IMG/VR virus record: IMGVR_UViG_3300042502_001806
Source of the DNA: an uncultured virus (IMG/VR IMGVR_UViG_3300042502_001806)
Lineage: Duplodnaviria > Heunggongvirae > Uroviricota > Caudoviricetes
Length of the DNA stretch: 64,000 nucleotides
Reading direction: 5' to 3' (one strand)
Shown: in pieces, positions 36,893-46,980 of the stretch
Layout of the letters: every line of letters starts with the position of its first letter
Numbering within the stretch: the stretch's first letter is position 1
Position numbers and translations under genes: made by a program
Notes under the pieces: generated by a model
The model's input: only the letters and a program-made list of their open reading frames with translations
Database searches by the model: none
Told to the model about the DNA's origin: nothing

Positions 36893-37106
36893 AACAGGAG
36901 CCGGTGGTGAAATCTATTCAAATCCTGAGGCTGATAAATTAAGTAGTCATTATGGTCTCGATGTAGCTGATCAATTATCTGCTATGTTATCTGATGAAAT
37001 AGCCAAAAGTATAGATAAAGATATTCTAAAAAGTTTAGGATTAGAACCAGATAGAAATAAAAGAAGAAAAAACTCTATTAATAAAATATTTAAAGACGTT
37101 GAATAA
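36879..37106 (+). CDS. Small protein resembling a fragment of T4 gp23-type major capsid protein
   Basis: YGLDVADQLSAMLSDEIAKSIDKDIL resembles the gp23-family HG(L/M)DAxxELxxxLxxEIxxEIxRExI helix. Confidence 0.5.
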   Translation: MNQIKTGAGGEIYSNPEADKLSSHYGLDVADQLSAMLSDEIAKSIDKDILKSLGLEPDRNKRRKNSINKIFKDVE

Positions 37107-37689
37107 TAGAAGGTAAAGCACCTAATTCAAGTACTTTAGATTTATCCAATAAGAATTCAATATCGTAAAAGTTAAAGTGAAATGTCATTGTAAATTCTTT
37201 AGAGTTAACTTTTTGTTGTGAATAATTAAAAGTATTGTCAGAAAGACCTTTAAGAATTATTTCATAAAACCTAATTACATAGATAGCATCTCTGTGTATA
37301 TCAACACAAGTAATTGTAAAAGGATTAACCCAAGCATTATCAACATCTAAGTAGTGTTTAGTTAAAATATCAAACACTAACCAGTAGTTTAAGTCAGAGT
37401 CAACAGATCTAAATGTTACTGTTAAATCATGAGTTGAAGTAATATCTTGAACGTTTTTAGCAGGCTTGAATTGTCTTTCTTTACCTCTCATATTAGTTTG
37501 TTTAGGCATATCGATTCCAACACCTGGAAAATTAACAGACTTAATAGTTGAGTTAACATAATCAATTACATTCTCATACTGTACCCAATTCTTTTCGAGA
37601 ATTGGAGTATAAGTGTTAATAATTTCTTGTTTAATGAAATCACTCGGTAAATTAAATATAAACTGACTACCTTGACTACTTAATCTCAT
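37090..37689 (-). CDS. Tail tube / tail-completion (T4 gp3/gp19-like) protein
   Basis: SVNFPG, DLTVTFxxxDxxxNY, FNY...FTMTF pattern. Confidence 0.55.
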   Translation of the reverse strand: MRLSSQGSQFIFNLPSDFIKQEIINTYTPILEKNWVQYENVIDYVNSTIKSVNFPGVGIDMPKQTNMRGKERQFKPAKNVQDITSTHDLTVTFRSVDSDLNYWLVFDILTKHYLDVDNAWVNPFTITCVDIHRDAIYVIRFYEIILKGLSDNTFNYSQQKVNSKEFTMTFHFNFYDIEFLLDKSKVLELGALPSIIQRL

Positions 37690-39617
37690 TGACCACCTAA
37701 GTTATTTTTTAAATTTATTGCTGCTTTACTAATTGATTGTTGTAACATATTAGCCTTTGACATACCTGGTTTAGCAACTGGTGCTGATTGTTTAACTGGT
37801 CTTCTTGTTACAACAGCTGTTTCTTGTGGTAACTTAGGATCTTTAATAATAGCAGGATTAGCACTGGAAGCCGCTTCCTGATTAAGACCGGAAACATTAG
37901 CAGCACTATCGTATATCTTAAATAATCCAGAGTAAACAACAGATTTAACTGATTGTATATCACTAGTTATGTAAAATAAATTAATACCTGACTCATATAG
38001 TTTTTTAATATCGACAAATTTATTTTGAGTTATCTTAAATGATAATTGACCAAGATCTAAATTAACTGAACCAGAATCTGTGTAAAGAGGAAAATCAAAA
38101 GTTTTAGAATCATTTCTGAATGTTAATTTAATATCACCATATCCAGTCATATTCAAAAAATCTGGTTTAGTATCACTACCATTAGCAATAGTAAATGTGA
38201 TAATATTGTCAAAAGGATAAATATTGATAATCATTTTTCCAATACCATAAAATAAAGTATTATTAAATGAAGCATTATCTGATTTACCAACTATATTAAA
38301 CTTATCAACTAAAACAGGGAAAGGAACTTTTACAGTTTCAATTTGAATAATTGGTGTGTTATTATTATTATTATTATTATTAGATCCAGATACTCTACCA
38401 GTTACTGCTTTGCTTATAGATATAGGTTTAGTTATTCTACCCATTGAGTTAGACATACCAACTAATGATGGATCTATATTAGATTTAATATTATAAATCT
38501 TAGGTTTATTAGCATTTGTTAAATTAATCTTAGTTAGGTTTAGAGAGTATTTAGATACTTCATCTTGTAACATACCATAAGAAGCTCTTCTAATGATATA
38601 AGAGTCATCTACAGCGTCTATTAATCTCATTTCAACATCTATGATAGCGGTTGTAGTTGAGTACTTAATAATAGGTCTATATTCAATAGTTTCATTAAAG
38701 TTATCATGTACAGTAACTGTTGTAGTTTTACCTCTAATGTTTTGTTCATACATTGTAATGTTATATTGAACATAGTATCTGTGACCAATATTAAATGATT
38801 CATCCATAAACTGATTAAAACCAGCAATAGTATCATTATAAACACCGTATATCTCAAAGAAGTCACCATTAATTGAGTGAGCTACAACTAGACCTAATCT
38901 TTCGAACTCAGGAGTTTGAGGAACTGTTGTTGTTACTTTAGTTGATAAAATATATCCAGTTAATCCATTAACAGTTTGTATATTATCTATAAAGTGAAAA
39001 TCAATAAAAACAGGAGATGTTATATTTAATCCCGCTCCATTTGTAAGATTAGCATTAATACTATTTTCTTTTGGAACATTGTTAGTCTTTTGACTAGCTA
39101 AATCACTTAAAGATGGAATATTAATAGTTATATTCTTACCCCATAGTTTTTCTTGAAAAAGAAGTGGTGGACTTGTAAAGTTTAATAAATATTGTTGACT
39201 GACATCAGTCATGTCAAAGTAAAAGTTTGATATATCAAATATTCTAGTATTTGTAGTATCAAATCCATAAACTTTAATAAAAAAACCTAAGTGTTCACCA
39301 AATGTCCAGTTTATAGGAACATGAATTTTAATAGTATCATGTCTAGTAGGTGTACCAGAAGCATACTCTTTTAATTGTAAAAATGAGTAATAAGATGGAT
39401 TTACTTTAGCATACTTTTGAGTTACTGAATCAACTTTAAATAATTGATTACCCATTGTATTGCCGGTGATAGATGAAGAACCTGCTATATATGATTGTCT
39501 TCTATCTCTAGAGTCAACTAATATATCATAAGATTCACTTATTAAGTTACCATCATCATAAATATATTCAAGTAAAACATCTTTGTCTAGTTTTACAAAC
39601 TTAGAAATTTTTGCCAT
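37686..39617 (-). CDS. Putative virion structural protein
   Basis: 643 aa, beta-rich; upstream TTAATATATA; coupled to the tail-like gene; poly-Asn linker. Confidence 0.55.
   Translation of the reverse strand: MAKISKFVKLDKDVLLEYIYDDGNLISESYDILVDSRDRRQSYIAGSSSITGNTMGNQLFKVDSVTQKYAKVNPSYYSFLQLKEYASGTPTRHDTIKIHVPINWTFGEHLGFFIKVYGFDTTNTRIFDISNFYFDMTDVSQQYLLNFTSPPLLFQEKLWGKNITINIPSLSDLASQKTNNVPKENSINANLTNGAGLNITSPVFIDFHFIDNIQTVNGLTGYILSTKVTTTVPQTPEFERLGLVVAHSINGDFFEIYGVYNDTIAGFNQFMDESFNIGHRYYVQYNITMYEQNIRGKTTTVTVHDNFNETIEYRPIIKYSTTTAIIDVEMRLIDAVDDSYIIRRASYGMLQDEVSKYSLNLTKINLTNANKPKIYNIKSNIDPSLVGMSNSMGRITKPISISKAVTGRVSGSNNNNNNNNTPIIQIETVKVPFPVLVDKFNIVGKSDNASFNNTLFYGIGKMIINIYPFDNIITFTIANGSDTKPDFLNMTGYGDIKLTFRNDSKTFDFPLYTDSGSVNLDLGQLSFKITQNKFVDIKKLYESGINLFYITSDIQSVKSVVYSGLFKIYDSAANVSGLNQEAASSANPAIIKDPKLPQETAVVTRRPVKQSAPVAKPGMSKANMLQQSISKAAINLKNNLGGQ
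38358..38381 (-). repeat. (AAT)n microsatellite encoding 8 Asn
   Basis: GTT followed by (ATT)7 on the plus strand. Confidence 0.85.
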
Positions 39618-39668
39618 TTTTAGATAGATTATCTTTTGGTTATATATTAAAAAAGAAAACCTTTCTTA

Positions 39669-40082
39669 TTAAGAAAGGCCCTCTTTTATTAATCTATCTT
39701 GTACTTTTTCTACTATCTGATTTTCTGTTAGATTTGGATGTCCATCTAAAATTTGACGATATAGTTCCATTTCTTCCTTAGCTAATTTTTCAATTTCTAA
39801 GTTGATAGGCTCTATTAGCTTTTCTAATCTTTTACCTTCATCTTCTACTTCATCAATTATCTTTAATAATTTTTCAAAGATTTCAGTTTCGCTCATGTGA
39901 ATTTTTTGATTTTTAGAACTTTCTTTTAACTCTTTTTGATAGTCATCTATCTTTTTAAGAGTGCCATCTAATCTCTCAGAGACTTGAATAGCTCTTGCTC
40001 TATAAAGATCCATATTGTTGATTAACTTCAAATATGTTCTTCTGATAGAAATTGCTTTTTGTAAATATTTTTCATCAACCAT
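39669..40082 (-). CDS. Hypothetical coiled-coil protein
   Basis: 137-aa helical ORF. Confidence 0.7.
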   Translation of the reverse strand: MVDEKYLQKAISIRRTYLKLINNMDLYRARAIQVSERLDGTLKKIDDYQKELKESSKNQKIHMSETEIFEKLLKIIDEVEDEGKRLEKLIEPINLEIEKLAKEEMELYRQILDGHPNLTENQIVEKVQDRLIKEGLS

Positions 40083-41002
40083 TATTTAGCGATTTCTTTT
40101 TTAGCTCTAGGTTTTCTAGTAGTTGTTTTTTTAGGAAGATCTTTTGATAAAACAGGTTCTTTCTCCCAAGTAAGAGGTTCATGTTTTTCAGCTTTCTCAT
40201 TATGTAGTTGAGTAACTGAATCTGTAATTTGTGAGTTAACATCTTTAACTTCAGCGCCATAAACAACTTCTTTAATCTTTTGTTTAATCATATCTTCTAT
40301 GATTTGAGGATTTCTAAGTAAGTTATCTGTAAACTCTGCTGCTAAGAAATCAATAATACTTGTATTATAAGAATCTTCCATCATTTCAATAAAGTCTAGA
40401 CGAGGAATTTTATTTTTAATTTCAAGAGATATTGAAAAATCTTTAGATCTTTTAACATTCTTAAACATTGTGATAATCGGGTCTTCAACAACTTGAACCG
40501 GTTGTTGATAAGTTTGAGAAACTGGTTGTTGAACAGGATTTCTATTTACTTGAACTTGTTGAACTTCTTCAGACTCTGGATTTAATAATTTATTAAATGC
40601 CTCACTTTGTTTAGCTAATTCCGCTTTTGGATTAGTAACACCGTATTTTCTAGCTAATTCAGCTCTTTCATCTTCTTCAGTAACTTGAATAATAGCACTT
40701 TCATTTGTTTGTGGTCTAAATTGATTATTACCATCTACATTAACCATAACTTCACCACCAACATCATCTCTGATTTTATCAGCTGGTATGTTTTTAATTT
40801 TTTCAGCTAAATTGTTATAAGCACCTTGTGTATTAAAGAAACTAGAAACATCAATTTGCTCAGTATATAAATCTGGGTTTAAAAGTTGAGCTACATCAGC
40901 CTTGCCTTTATTTTCAAGAATTGCTATATTTTCAAAAGAATCAATAACTTTTACAATCTCACCAGTTGCGTTATTTTTAAATGTTTTATTACTAAGACTC
41001 AT
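40082..41002 (-). CDS. Hypothetical protein
   Basis: 306-aa ORF with Q/V/P-rich linker. Confidence 0.75.
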   Translation of the reverse strand: MSLSNKTFKNNATGEIVKVIDSFENIAILENKGKADVAQLLNPDLYTEQIDVSSFFNTQGAYNNLAEKIKNIPADKIRDDVGGEVMVNVDGNNQFRPQTNESAIIQVTEEDERAELARKYGVTNPKAELAKQSEAFNKLLNPESEEVQQVQVNRNPVQQPVSQTYQQPVQVVEDPIITMFKNVKRSKDFSISLEIKNKIPRLDFIEMMEDSYNTSIIDFLAAEFTDNLLRNPQIIEDMIKQKIKEVVYGAEVKDVNSQITDSVTQLHNEKAEKHEPLTWEKEPVLSKDLPKKTTTRKPRAKKEIAK

Positions 41003-41076
41003 ATTTAATTTTATTTTTTATATTATTATCCTTTTAATTATATAAAAGACTTCAAATAAGTTGTTAGGATATGTAT

Positions 41077-41110
41077 AAAAAAAATAGGAGTCCCAATGGA
41101 ACTCCTATTT
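41077..41110 (-). terminator. Intrinsic terminator after the SSB gene
   Basis: AAATAGGAGT...ACTCCTATTT stem with an A-run on the plus strand (U-run on minus). Confidence 0.7.
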
Positions 41111-41130
41111 CTAATATTAATATGTTACTA

Positions 41131-42099
41131 TTATAAGTCATTGAAGAAATCATCTTCATCTTCAGAAGCACTAGCAGTAGTAGCCGCTGTTTTTGCGAAG
41201 TTGTCTTCAAATTCAAAATCATCAGATGATGGTTTTGCTTCTTGTTTAGGACTAGAGAAAGAAGAAGAAGCTTTACCAGTTAAGAAGTTTGAAATCTCAG
41301 TGATTTTAGCTTGTTGCTCATCAGTTAATTTCTTTGGAGCAAATTCTTCTAAATCGTGTTCACGGTCTAATAAGAAATCTTTAATTTTACTTTGAACACC
41401 AGCTTCAATTTTACCATCAGTAACAGGAGCATTTTTGAAAACACCTTTTTCTTTGAAGTAAATTGGAAGTGAAGTAGCTTCTGGTTTGAACATACTCATT
41501 TTGTAATCAGGATATGTTTCATCACCTGTTTGGATTTCTTTAACAACTAATACGAAATCTTTACCAGCTGCTAAGTCAAATACGTTACAACCTACACCAG
41601 AGATTTCACCATTCTTTTCAGCCATGATTTTATCTTTGATAGTCTTACCATATTGCCAGATTAAAATTTTACCAACTAATTCTGGTTGTTGTTCGTCTTC
41701 GATAACTAATACATAAGAGTAGTATTTCTTAGAGTACTTTAATTGTTTTGATTTCTCAATCAAAATCGCATTTTTTGAATTTTGCATGGTGTAATACAAA
41801 TCAGTCAAAGGACACTTCTCGTTGAAGTTCTTTGGTGAATCAAACCAACCGCTTAATTCTTTAGGTTGTTTAATATCAACATAGTGAGTAATTTTCTCAA
41901 TTGCTGATTGACCAACTTTACCGTCTTTGGTCAAATTAGGAAGGATTCTTACTAAAGATCTCCATCCTCTTTTTTTGTCTTTCACTTTTGAAAGGTCAAC
42001 GCGGTAAATACCATCGTTGTTGTTGCTTGTTTTCGTGTCATTAAGGAAGTCCATTTTACTTTCTAAACCGCCATTAAATAAATCATCTAAATCTGCCAT
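41131..42099 (-). CDS. T4 gp32-like single-stranded DNA-binding protein
   Basis: VRILP, CPL, YYSYVLVIEDxxxPExxGK, YGKTIKDKI, FDLxxGKDF, YPDY; acidic DDFFNDL tail. Confidence 0.85.
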   Translation of the reverse strand: MADLDDLFNGGLESKMDFLNDTKTSNNNDGIYRVDLSKVKDKKRGWRSLVRILPNLTKDGKVGQSAIEKITHYVDIKQPKELSGWFDSPKNFNEKCPLTDLYYTMQNSKNAILIEKSKQLKYSKKYYSYVLVIEDEQQPELVGKILIWQYGKTIKDKIMAEKNGEISGVGCNVFDLAAGKDFVLVVKEIQTGDETYPDYKMSMFKPEATSLPIYFKEKGVFKNAPVTDGKIEAGVQSKIKDFLLDREHDLEEFAPKKLTDEQQAKITEISNFLTGKASSSFSSPKQEAKPSSDDFEFEDNFAKTAATTASASEDEDDFFNDL

Positions 42100-42271
42100 A
42101 ATTGCTTTTTATTTTTTTTGTTTATATCAAATACTTTGTGTATCTGATTAGTATTTATATTATAAGTTTTGAAAAAGTTGTTGTGTTATTTTGAAGTATT
42201 TTGTTAGAATAAAAAAAGTGTGGAATTTATAATAAAAACCACACTTGTATAGAAAATAATTTCAAAAAAGT

Positions 42272-42991
42272 TTATAAAAAATGTTTAGTCACTTCAGATG
42301 TATAATTACCAGTAGTAAAAATCTTACAAAGGTTCTTATACTCTACATCACTTACTTTATAAAGTTGTAAGTCATTTCTTACAGTAGAAACAACATTGCC
42401 TGTATCTTCATCTATATAGTCTTCACCCCATATAGATGACGTTGGTCTAAATCCAGTTACCTCATATAATCTTTGTAAACACTCTATAAATATTGGTAGG
42501 TTTTCCGGTTTGAAAATACCTAAGTTCAAATAAATAATCGGATAACCCGGAATAATATCATTTAATATATTCTCTTGTAATCTTTCAAGATAACTTTTAC
42601 CAGCACTATTTTTTGATTCTTCAACTTCTGAAAAATAAACATCATTGTAGATAAGTGAACTTCGAGAGTTTTTACTAGCCATTTTAATCATATCATCTGA
42701 TAGGGGTTTGGACAAATCAATAAACATATTTTTCCAAGTATCTTGAATATCTTCACATTCTTTATTAATCCAATTCTCTTCAAAACTCATATCAGAAAAT
42801 AATTGACTTCTAATAGCCCTTGATATATTATTAGTTGTAAAGAATTGATAACCTGATTCGTATAATTTACATTTAGCTAGAGGTTCTTCATCTGTTAGAT
42901 CATAGAATAGTTCTTGAATATCCAACTCAATAGGAAATTCAGATTTAATAATAACAGATTCAAATAATTTATATGACTTTAAGTATCTCAT
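42272..42991 (-). CDS. Hypothetical protein with N-terminal MRYLKSYKLFES tag
   Basis: 239-aa ORF in a translationally coupled operon. Confidence 0.75.
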   Translation of the reverse strand: MRYLKSYKLFESVIIKSEFPIELDIQELFYDLTDEEPLAKCKLYESGYQFFTTNNISRAIRSQLFSDMSFEENWINKECEDIQDTWKNMFIDLSKPLSDDMIKMASKNSRSSLIYNDVYFSEVEESKNSAGKSYLERLQENILNDIIPGYPIIYLNLGIFKPENLPIFIECLQRLYEVTGFRPTSSIWGEDYIDEDTGNVVSTVRNDLQLYKVSDVEYKNLCKIFTTGNYTSEVTKHFL

Positions 42992-44247
42992 TATAAGTTT
43001 AATAATATTTTAAATGAATAATCATTAACATCAGTATCATCATCATACATTCTGTCAAATCTTGCCATATCAAAAACAACTTCTTCATAATCTAACTCTG
43101 GTAAAATACTTAACAAAGCCTCATCTATATCCGATTCTAATTTTCTAAGATTCATTTTCCCTGTTAGATGTGAGTTATTATACCCACCTATGTTTATACT
43201 AATGGATGGTTTATACATATCTAAAACTTTATCAACTGAATAAGCTTTTTTATTTTTAATATCATAACTATAAATTGTAACACTTCTTCTTTCATCACCT
43301 GGAAATTCATCACCATCTTTGAATCCATAATTATCAATATCAAAATTGACACAATTCCATTTTTTATCAGTTACATAATACTGTTCGTCACTTCTTCTTA
43401 ACATTGTATTTGGGTAACTGCCAATATTTAAAGTTGGTGAAATAATATCTATTAATATATGTTTAACTATTCTTAACTTAGATTCTTCATTTACATTCAT
43501 AACAGATATTAAACCATTGTATTTATTCTTATTTGGTTTATCATGATTTTCATAATTGCCATAAGCTATACATAAAACTGAATACTTATCTTTAGCAGAT
43601 GGAATCTCATCATAAACATCATACATTCTATCATTTACGGTTTCAATATCAACCTTTGATAGTGAATTAAACATTTTATCAACTAAAGAAGTAATTTTTT
43701 GCCAATAACCTTCTCCAATAAAATGTTCTGTATTTAATCTAAGAGATGATTCACTTACTTTATTGTTACTACGACCCCATTGAGAAGATTTTATATCTTC
43801 AAACCAATCATAGATACCATAATTCATTTGATTAGATTCTTGAATTTTATCAGCTGAAAAAATAGTTTCTAATTTAGGCATCTCATCATATATTTCAAAC
43901 TTATCATATCCATATTTTTTATAGTCTTCTGGTATAAGTATTAAATAATTATCATTAGGATTTTTAGTAAATTGTTTAATAGCAAAATCTATAACTTTAT
44001 CATGTATCATAGGAGCAATATGAGCTTCAATATTAGAATCAAAATAAACTACTTTAACATTCAAGTCTTTTGATTTTGCCCATTTGTAAAACTCATTGGT
44101 AAACCAAGCACAATTGGCTTTATTTTTATCAAATGATTCTCCAAATCTAAGACTATAAACTTTAGACATATCAGTAATAAACTGATTAGCTATAGTTTCT
44201 AACTTAAACATCGATTCAAATATTTTATATTTAGTTAAATGTCTCAT
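42991..44247 (-). CDS. Hypothetical protein with N-terminal MRHLTKYKIFES tag
   Basis: 418 aa; N-domain has NC...H...D spacing reminiscent of a papain-like triad (weak). Confidence 0.7.
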   Translation of the reverse strand: MRHLTKYKIFESMFKLETIANQFITDMSKVYSLRFGESFDKNKANCAWFTNEFYKWAKSKDLNVKVVYFDSNIEAHIAPMIHDKVIDFAIKQFTKNPNDNYLILIPEDYKKYGYDKFEIYDEMPKLETIFSADKIQESNQMNYGIYDWFEDIKSSQWGRSNNKVSESSLRLNTEHFIGEGYWQKITSLVDKMFNSLSKVDIETVNDRMYDVYDEIPSAKDKYSVLCIAYGNYENHDKPNKNKYNGLISVMNVNEESKLRIVKHILIDIISPTLNIGSYPNTMLRRSDEQYYVTDKKWNCVNFDIDNYGFKDGDEFPGDERRSVTIYSYDIKNKKAYSVDKVLDMYKPSISINIGGYNNSHLTGKMNLRKLESDIDEALLSILPELDYEEVVFDMARFDRMYDDDTDVNDYSFKILLNL

Positions 44248-45095
44248 TCTAAGTTAAGTTCTTTTAATATTTCTGTTACTTTATCAAGTCTTATCATTAT
44301 TGACTCATCTTCAAACCAAGATTCAAGAGCTTCTGATTCATTTGTATCAAGTTGAGAATACATATTCATTACACCTACTATATCTGTTAGTTTGAAGTTA
44401 TTATTTTTTGGATCTAATAATATATTTAAGTTTTCTAATAGGTTTAGACTATCATCCCACAAAACTTCATGATCAGTTGTAAAGTATTTACTTATTATGT
44501 GTTCAGATGCTTCTGATTCTTCTAAAAACGATTTTAGTTCATTCCAATTTGTATTTAATGATGGTTTAACATTTCTGTCTAATTCATGAACAAGTGATAT
44601 CATATAATAAGCAATTGATGGTCTATCCAAATCTTCCTCAGAAAATTCTTCATCTTTTGGTAGATTTGAAAAACAATTCCAAAAATCACCTCTATCACCT
44701 GTTGCTAACATAGTATCATCAAAAGGAATAATAACATAATCAACTGATGGTCCTTTGATAAATCCACCACCATGTGACAATGCTCTATATGAAGAAGCAC
44801 ATATTAATGATTTGTTTCTTCTGGGCCAGTCTTTCCAAGATTCTAAATTAGAGATTAATAGATTGTGATAGTTTTTAAAAGCATAAGGGGCAATTCTATC
44901 TTGTGATGAAATCTTTGGATTAACTAATAAAAAGTCACCACGATTTTCATCTTTTCTATAAATTAAACAACCTTCAGTATAGTCTTTTCCCCAATTAAGA
45001 AATTTCTTACATTTTGTCATAAGTATCTCAATTACTTCGTCTTTTGTCAACGTAGTAGTATTTAGACTTTCATTTATGCTTTTTAAATGTTTCAT
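44244..45095 (-). CDS. Hypothetical protein with N-terminal MKHLKSINES tag
   Basis: 283 aa; IYR, PRRxxSLIC, D(F)W motifs. Confidence 0.7.
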   Translation of the reverse strand: MKHLKSINESLNTTTLTKDEVIEILMTKCKKFLNWGKDYTEGCLIYRKDENRGDFLLVNPKISSQDRIAPYAFKNYHNLLISNLESWKDWPRRNKSLICASSYRALSHGGGFIKGPSVDYVIIPFDDTMLATGDRGDFWNCFSNLPKDEEFSEEDLDRPSIAYYMISLVHELDRNVKPSLNTNWNELKSFLEESEASEHIISKYFTTDHEVLWDDSLNLLENLNILLDPKNNNFKLTDIVGVMNMYSQLDTNESEALESWFEDESIMIRLDKVTEILKELNLE

Positions 45096-46412
45096 TTATT
45101 TACTTGCTTTAATAACTTTAATTCTTTCAGTTTGATATTTCATAATATCAACTTCTTGATGTTGATTTAAGAAGTCAACCATCTTTTGATACATTTGAAT
45201 TGTAATTCTACAATCGGTTAAGGCATCGTGATAGTTAGTCATATTAATTCCAAGAGCTGGTCCTACTTTAGACATAGAAGATGAAATTAAACCACCATCT
45301 CTTGATGATGTTCCAATAAAGTCAATTATATCTTTATATTTAGAATCTACTTCAGCTAGTGCTTGTAGAAGTGGTAAATAATATAATTGAATTAACATCT
45401 TAGTATCAAATACTTCATTATTAATTTTATGACCATATCTACCAGCCAACATTGCCATATCAAAGCCAGCATTCTGTGCTATAAATAAACAAGGCTCATA
45501 ATTACCAATCCAATCAAAGAACTTATCTAATATCTCTTGTTCATTTTTATATTTGTATTTACCTGAACCATAATGATTAAATCCCAACACCCATTTAGTT
45601 TTATCTTCTGGTGTTCCAAATTTAGATTTAGTTTCATCAGTTAACTTAATCTTCTCATCAAATAATCCTAATTCATTAAAAGTATTTGATTGAAAATTAT
45701 AATCAGTTGATAAAGCAGATACTTGAGTTAACTGTTGTTTTTTAGGCCCACCTAATCCAGTTGTTTCAGTATCTATCCATAACCAAGGCATTTTAGACTT
45801 AGATTCTAACCATTCTAATATTTGTGGAATAGTTTTATACCACATTTTATTTTCATTTAATGATTCAACTATACCTTGATTGTATTTGAAATTTACTTTT
45901 TCACCACTTGGCATTGAATAAGTTATATTATCAACATTCTTAACTTCATATTTATATTCTGGTTTAACATATTTCTTACCAGTTCCTTTGTTAACATAAG
46001 CGATTGTTATATGTGGTTTGTAATCAGGGAAACTATTTGAGTTAGGAAACTCAGAAAGTTTATCGTGTAAATCTTGAAGAGCACCATCAGGGTTAACATT
46101 AAACTTAACAACATCATAGTCTTTGTTTTCAAAAACACCAATACCATCAACTTCTATGTTAATACTTCCGGTAAATCCTTCAAATACAGATTTGACATCT
46201 TCTTCTGTTACACCTTCATGTAAACCATATAATATAGTAACATGTGGATTCTCTTGTATGCCGTGAGCGTCATCACCTCCAGTATAAACATCTTCAGGGT
46301 CAATGTAACTTGTTATTTCATTCCAATTACTTACTGGTACTTCAACCATTACACAGCCATATTCATAACCAGATGATTCTTTTATAAATTGTATATAGTT
46401 TTTAATTATCAT
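45096..46412 (-). CDS. 2H phosphoesterase (Acb1/gp57B-like) fused to a DEDDh 3'-5' exonuclease
   Basis: PHVTILYG and PHITIAY (two HxT motifs); IDTETTG, QNAGFD, HDALTD. Confidence 0.82.
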   Translation of the reverse strand: MIIKNYIQFIKESSGYEYGCVMVEVPVSNWNEITSYIDPEDVYTGGDDAHGIQENPHVTILYGLHEGVTEEDVKSVFEGFTGSINIEVDGIGVFENKDYDVVKFNVNPDGALQDLHDKLSEFPNSNSFPDYKPHITIAYVNKGTGKKYVKPEYKYEVKNVDNITYSMPSGEKVNFKYNQGIVESLNENKMWYKTIPQILEWLESKSKMPWLWIDTETTGLGGPKKQQLTQVSALSTDYNFQSNTFNELGLFDEKIKLTDETKSKFGTPEDKTKWVLGFNHYGSGKYKYKNEQEILDKFFDWIGNYEPCLFIAQNAGFDMAMLAGRYGHKINNEVFDTKMLIQLYYLPLLQALAEVDSKYKDIIDFIGTSSRDGGLISSSMSKVGPALGINMTNYHDALTDCRITIQMYQKMVDFLNQHQEVDIMKYQTERIKVIKASK

Positions 46413-46843
46413 ATTCTACCTTGTATTATTATTCTTCTTTCACCACCTCTATTATTATATGAAAATCTGAAATCAAGTCCAGTTTCATCATGTAATCTTT
46501 TTACAGCAACTAAGAAATCTTTACCATCTTCACTATCTGTTTCGTCTTCATTCATTTCCCAATTAATAGAACCATCTGATTTAATTTCACCGGTAATATC
46601 AATGTTTTTTTCATAAGGATTTTTATTTAGAGTCCAGTTTCTTGGATCAGATTCTTCTTTATTCATCATTCTACAATTAAAGTTTGGATTTTGCCAAACA
46701 GATATGCCCGATCCATAAGAAACATCTGATATCCAATGCCAACCATTATCTTCAAATTCTTGAAAACAATCTTTTATAGAATCAAGAACTTGCTGATAGA
46801 TTTGATTTTCGATTGATTCATTAAAACTTTTAAGATATTTCAT
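46409..46843 (-). CDS. Hypothetical protein with N-terminal MKYLKSFNES tag
   Basis: Start moved to ATG 46843 after an (A)TAATATATA motif. Confidence 0.7.
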   Translation of the reverse strand: MKYLKSFNESIENQIYQQVLDSIKDCFQEFEDNGWHWISDVSYGSGISVWQNPNFNCRMMNKEESDPRNWTLNKNPYEKNIDITGEIKSDGSINWEMNEDETDSEDGKDFLVAVKRLHDETGLDFRFSYNNRGGERRIIIQGRI

Positions 46844-46859
46844 ATATCTATATATATTA

Positions 46860-46891
46860 TTTGGTGTAATCAAAATTAATTTATATCTTTG
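46860..46891 (+). promoter_or_regulatory. Bacteroidota-type promoter for the RNA ligase gene
   Basis: TTTG 46860-46863, 20-nt spacer, TATCTTTG 46884-46891. Confidence 0.75.
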
Positions 46892-46923
46892 TATTGTTAA
46901 TTTCTTCTTAGATAGAATTTAAT

Positions 46924-46952
46924 TGGTGGCACAAGGACGGACTCGAACCCAG
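46924..46952 (-). other. Isolated tRNA 3'-end fragment (T-loop to CCA), antisense within the RNA ligase 5' leader
   Basis: Minus strand reads CTGGGTTCGAGTCCGTCCTTGTGCCACCA. Confidence 0.6.
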
Positions 46953-46980
46953 ATTGTTAAACAAATTAAATTAAAGAATT

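Noticed and set aside
38358..38381. (AAT)n tract as a phase-variation site
   Set aside because: A triplet repeat keeps the frame and lies in a low-complexity linker.
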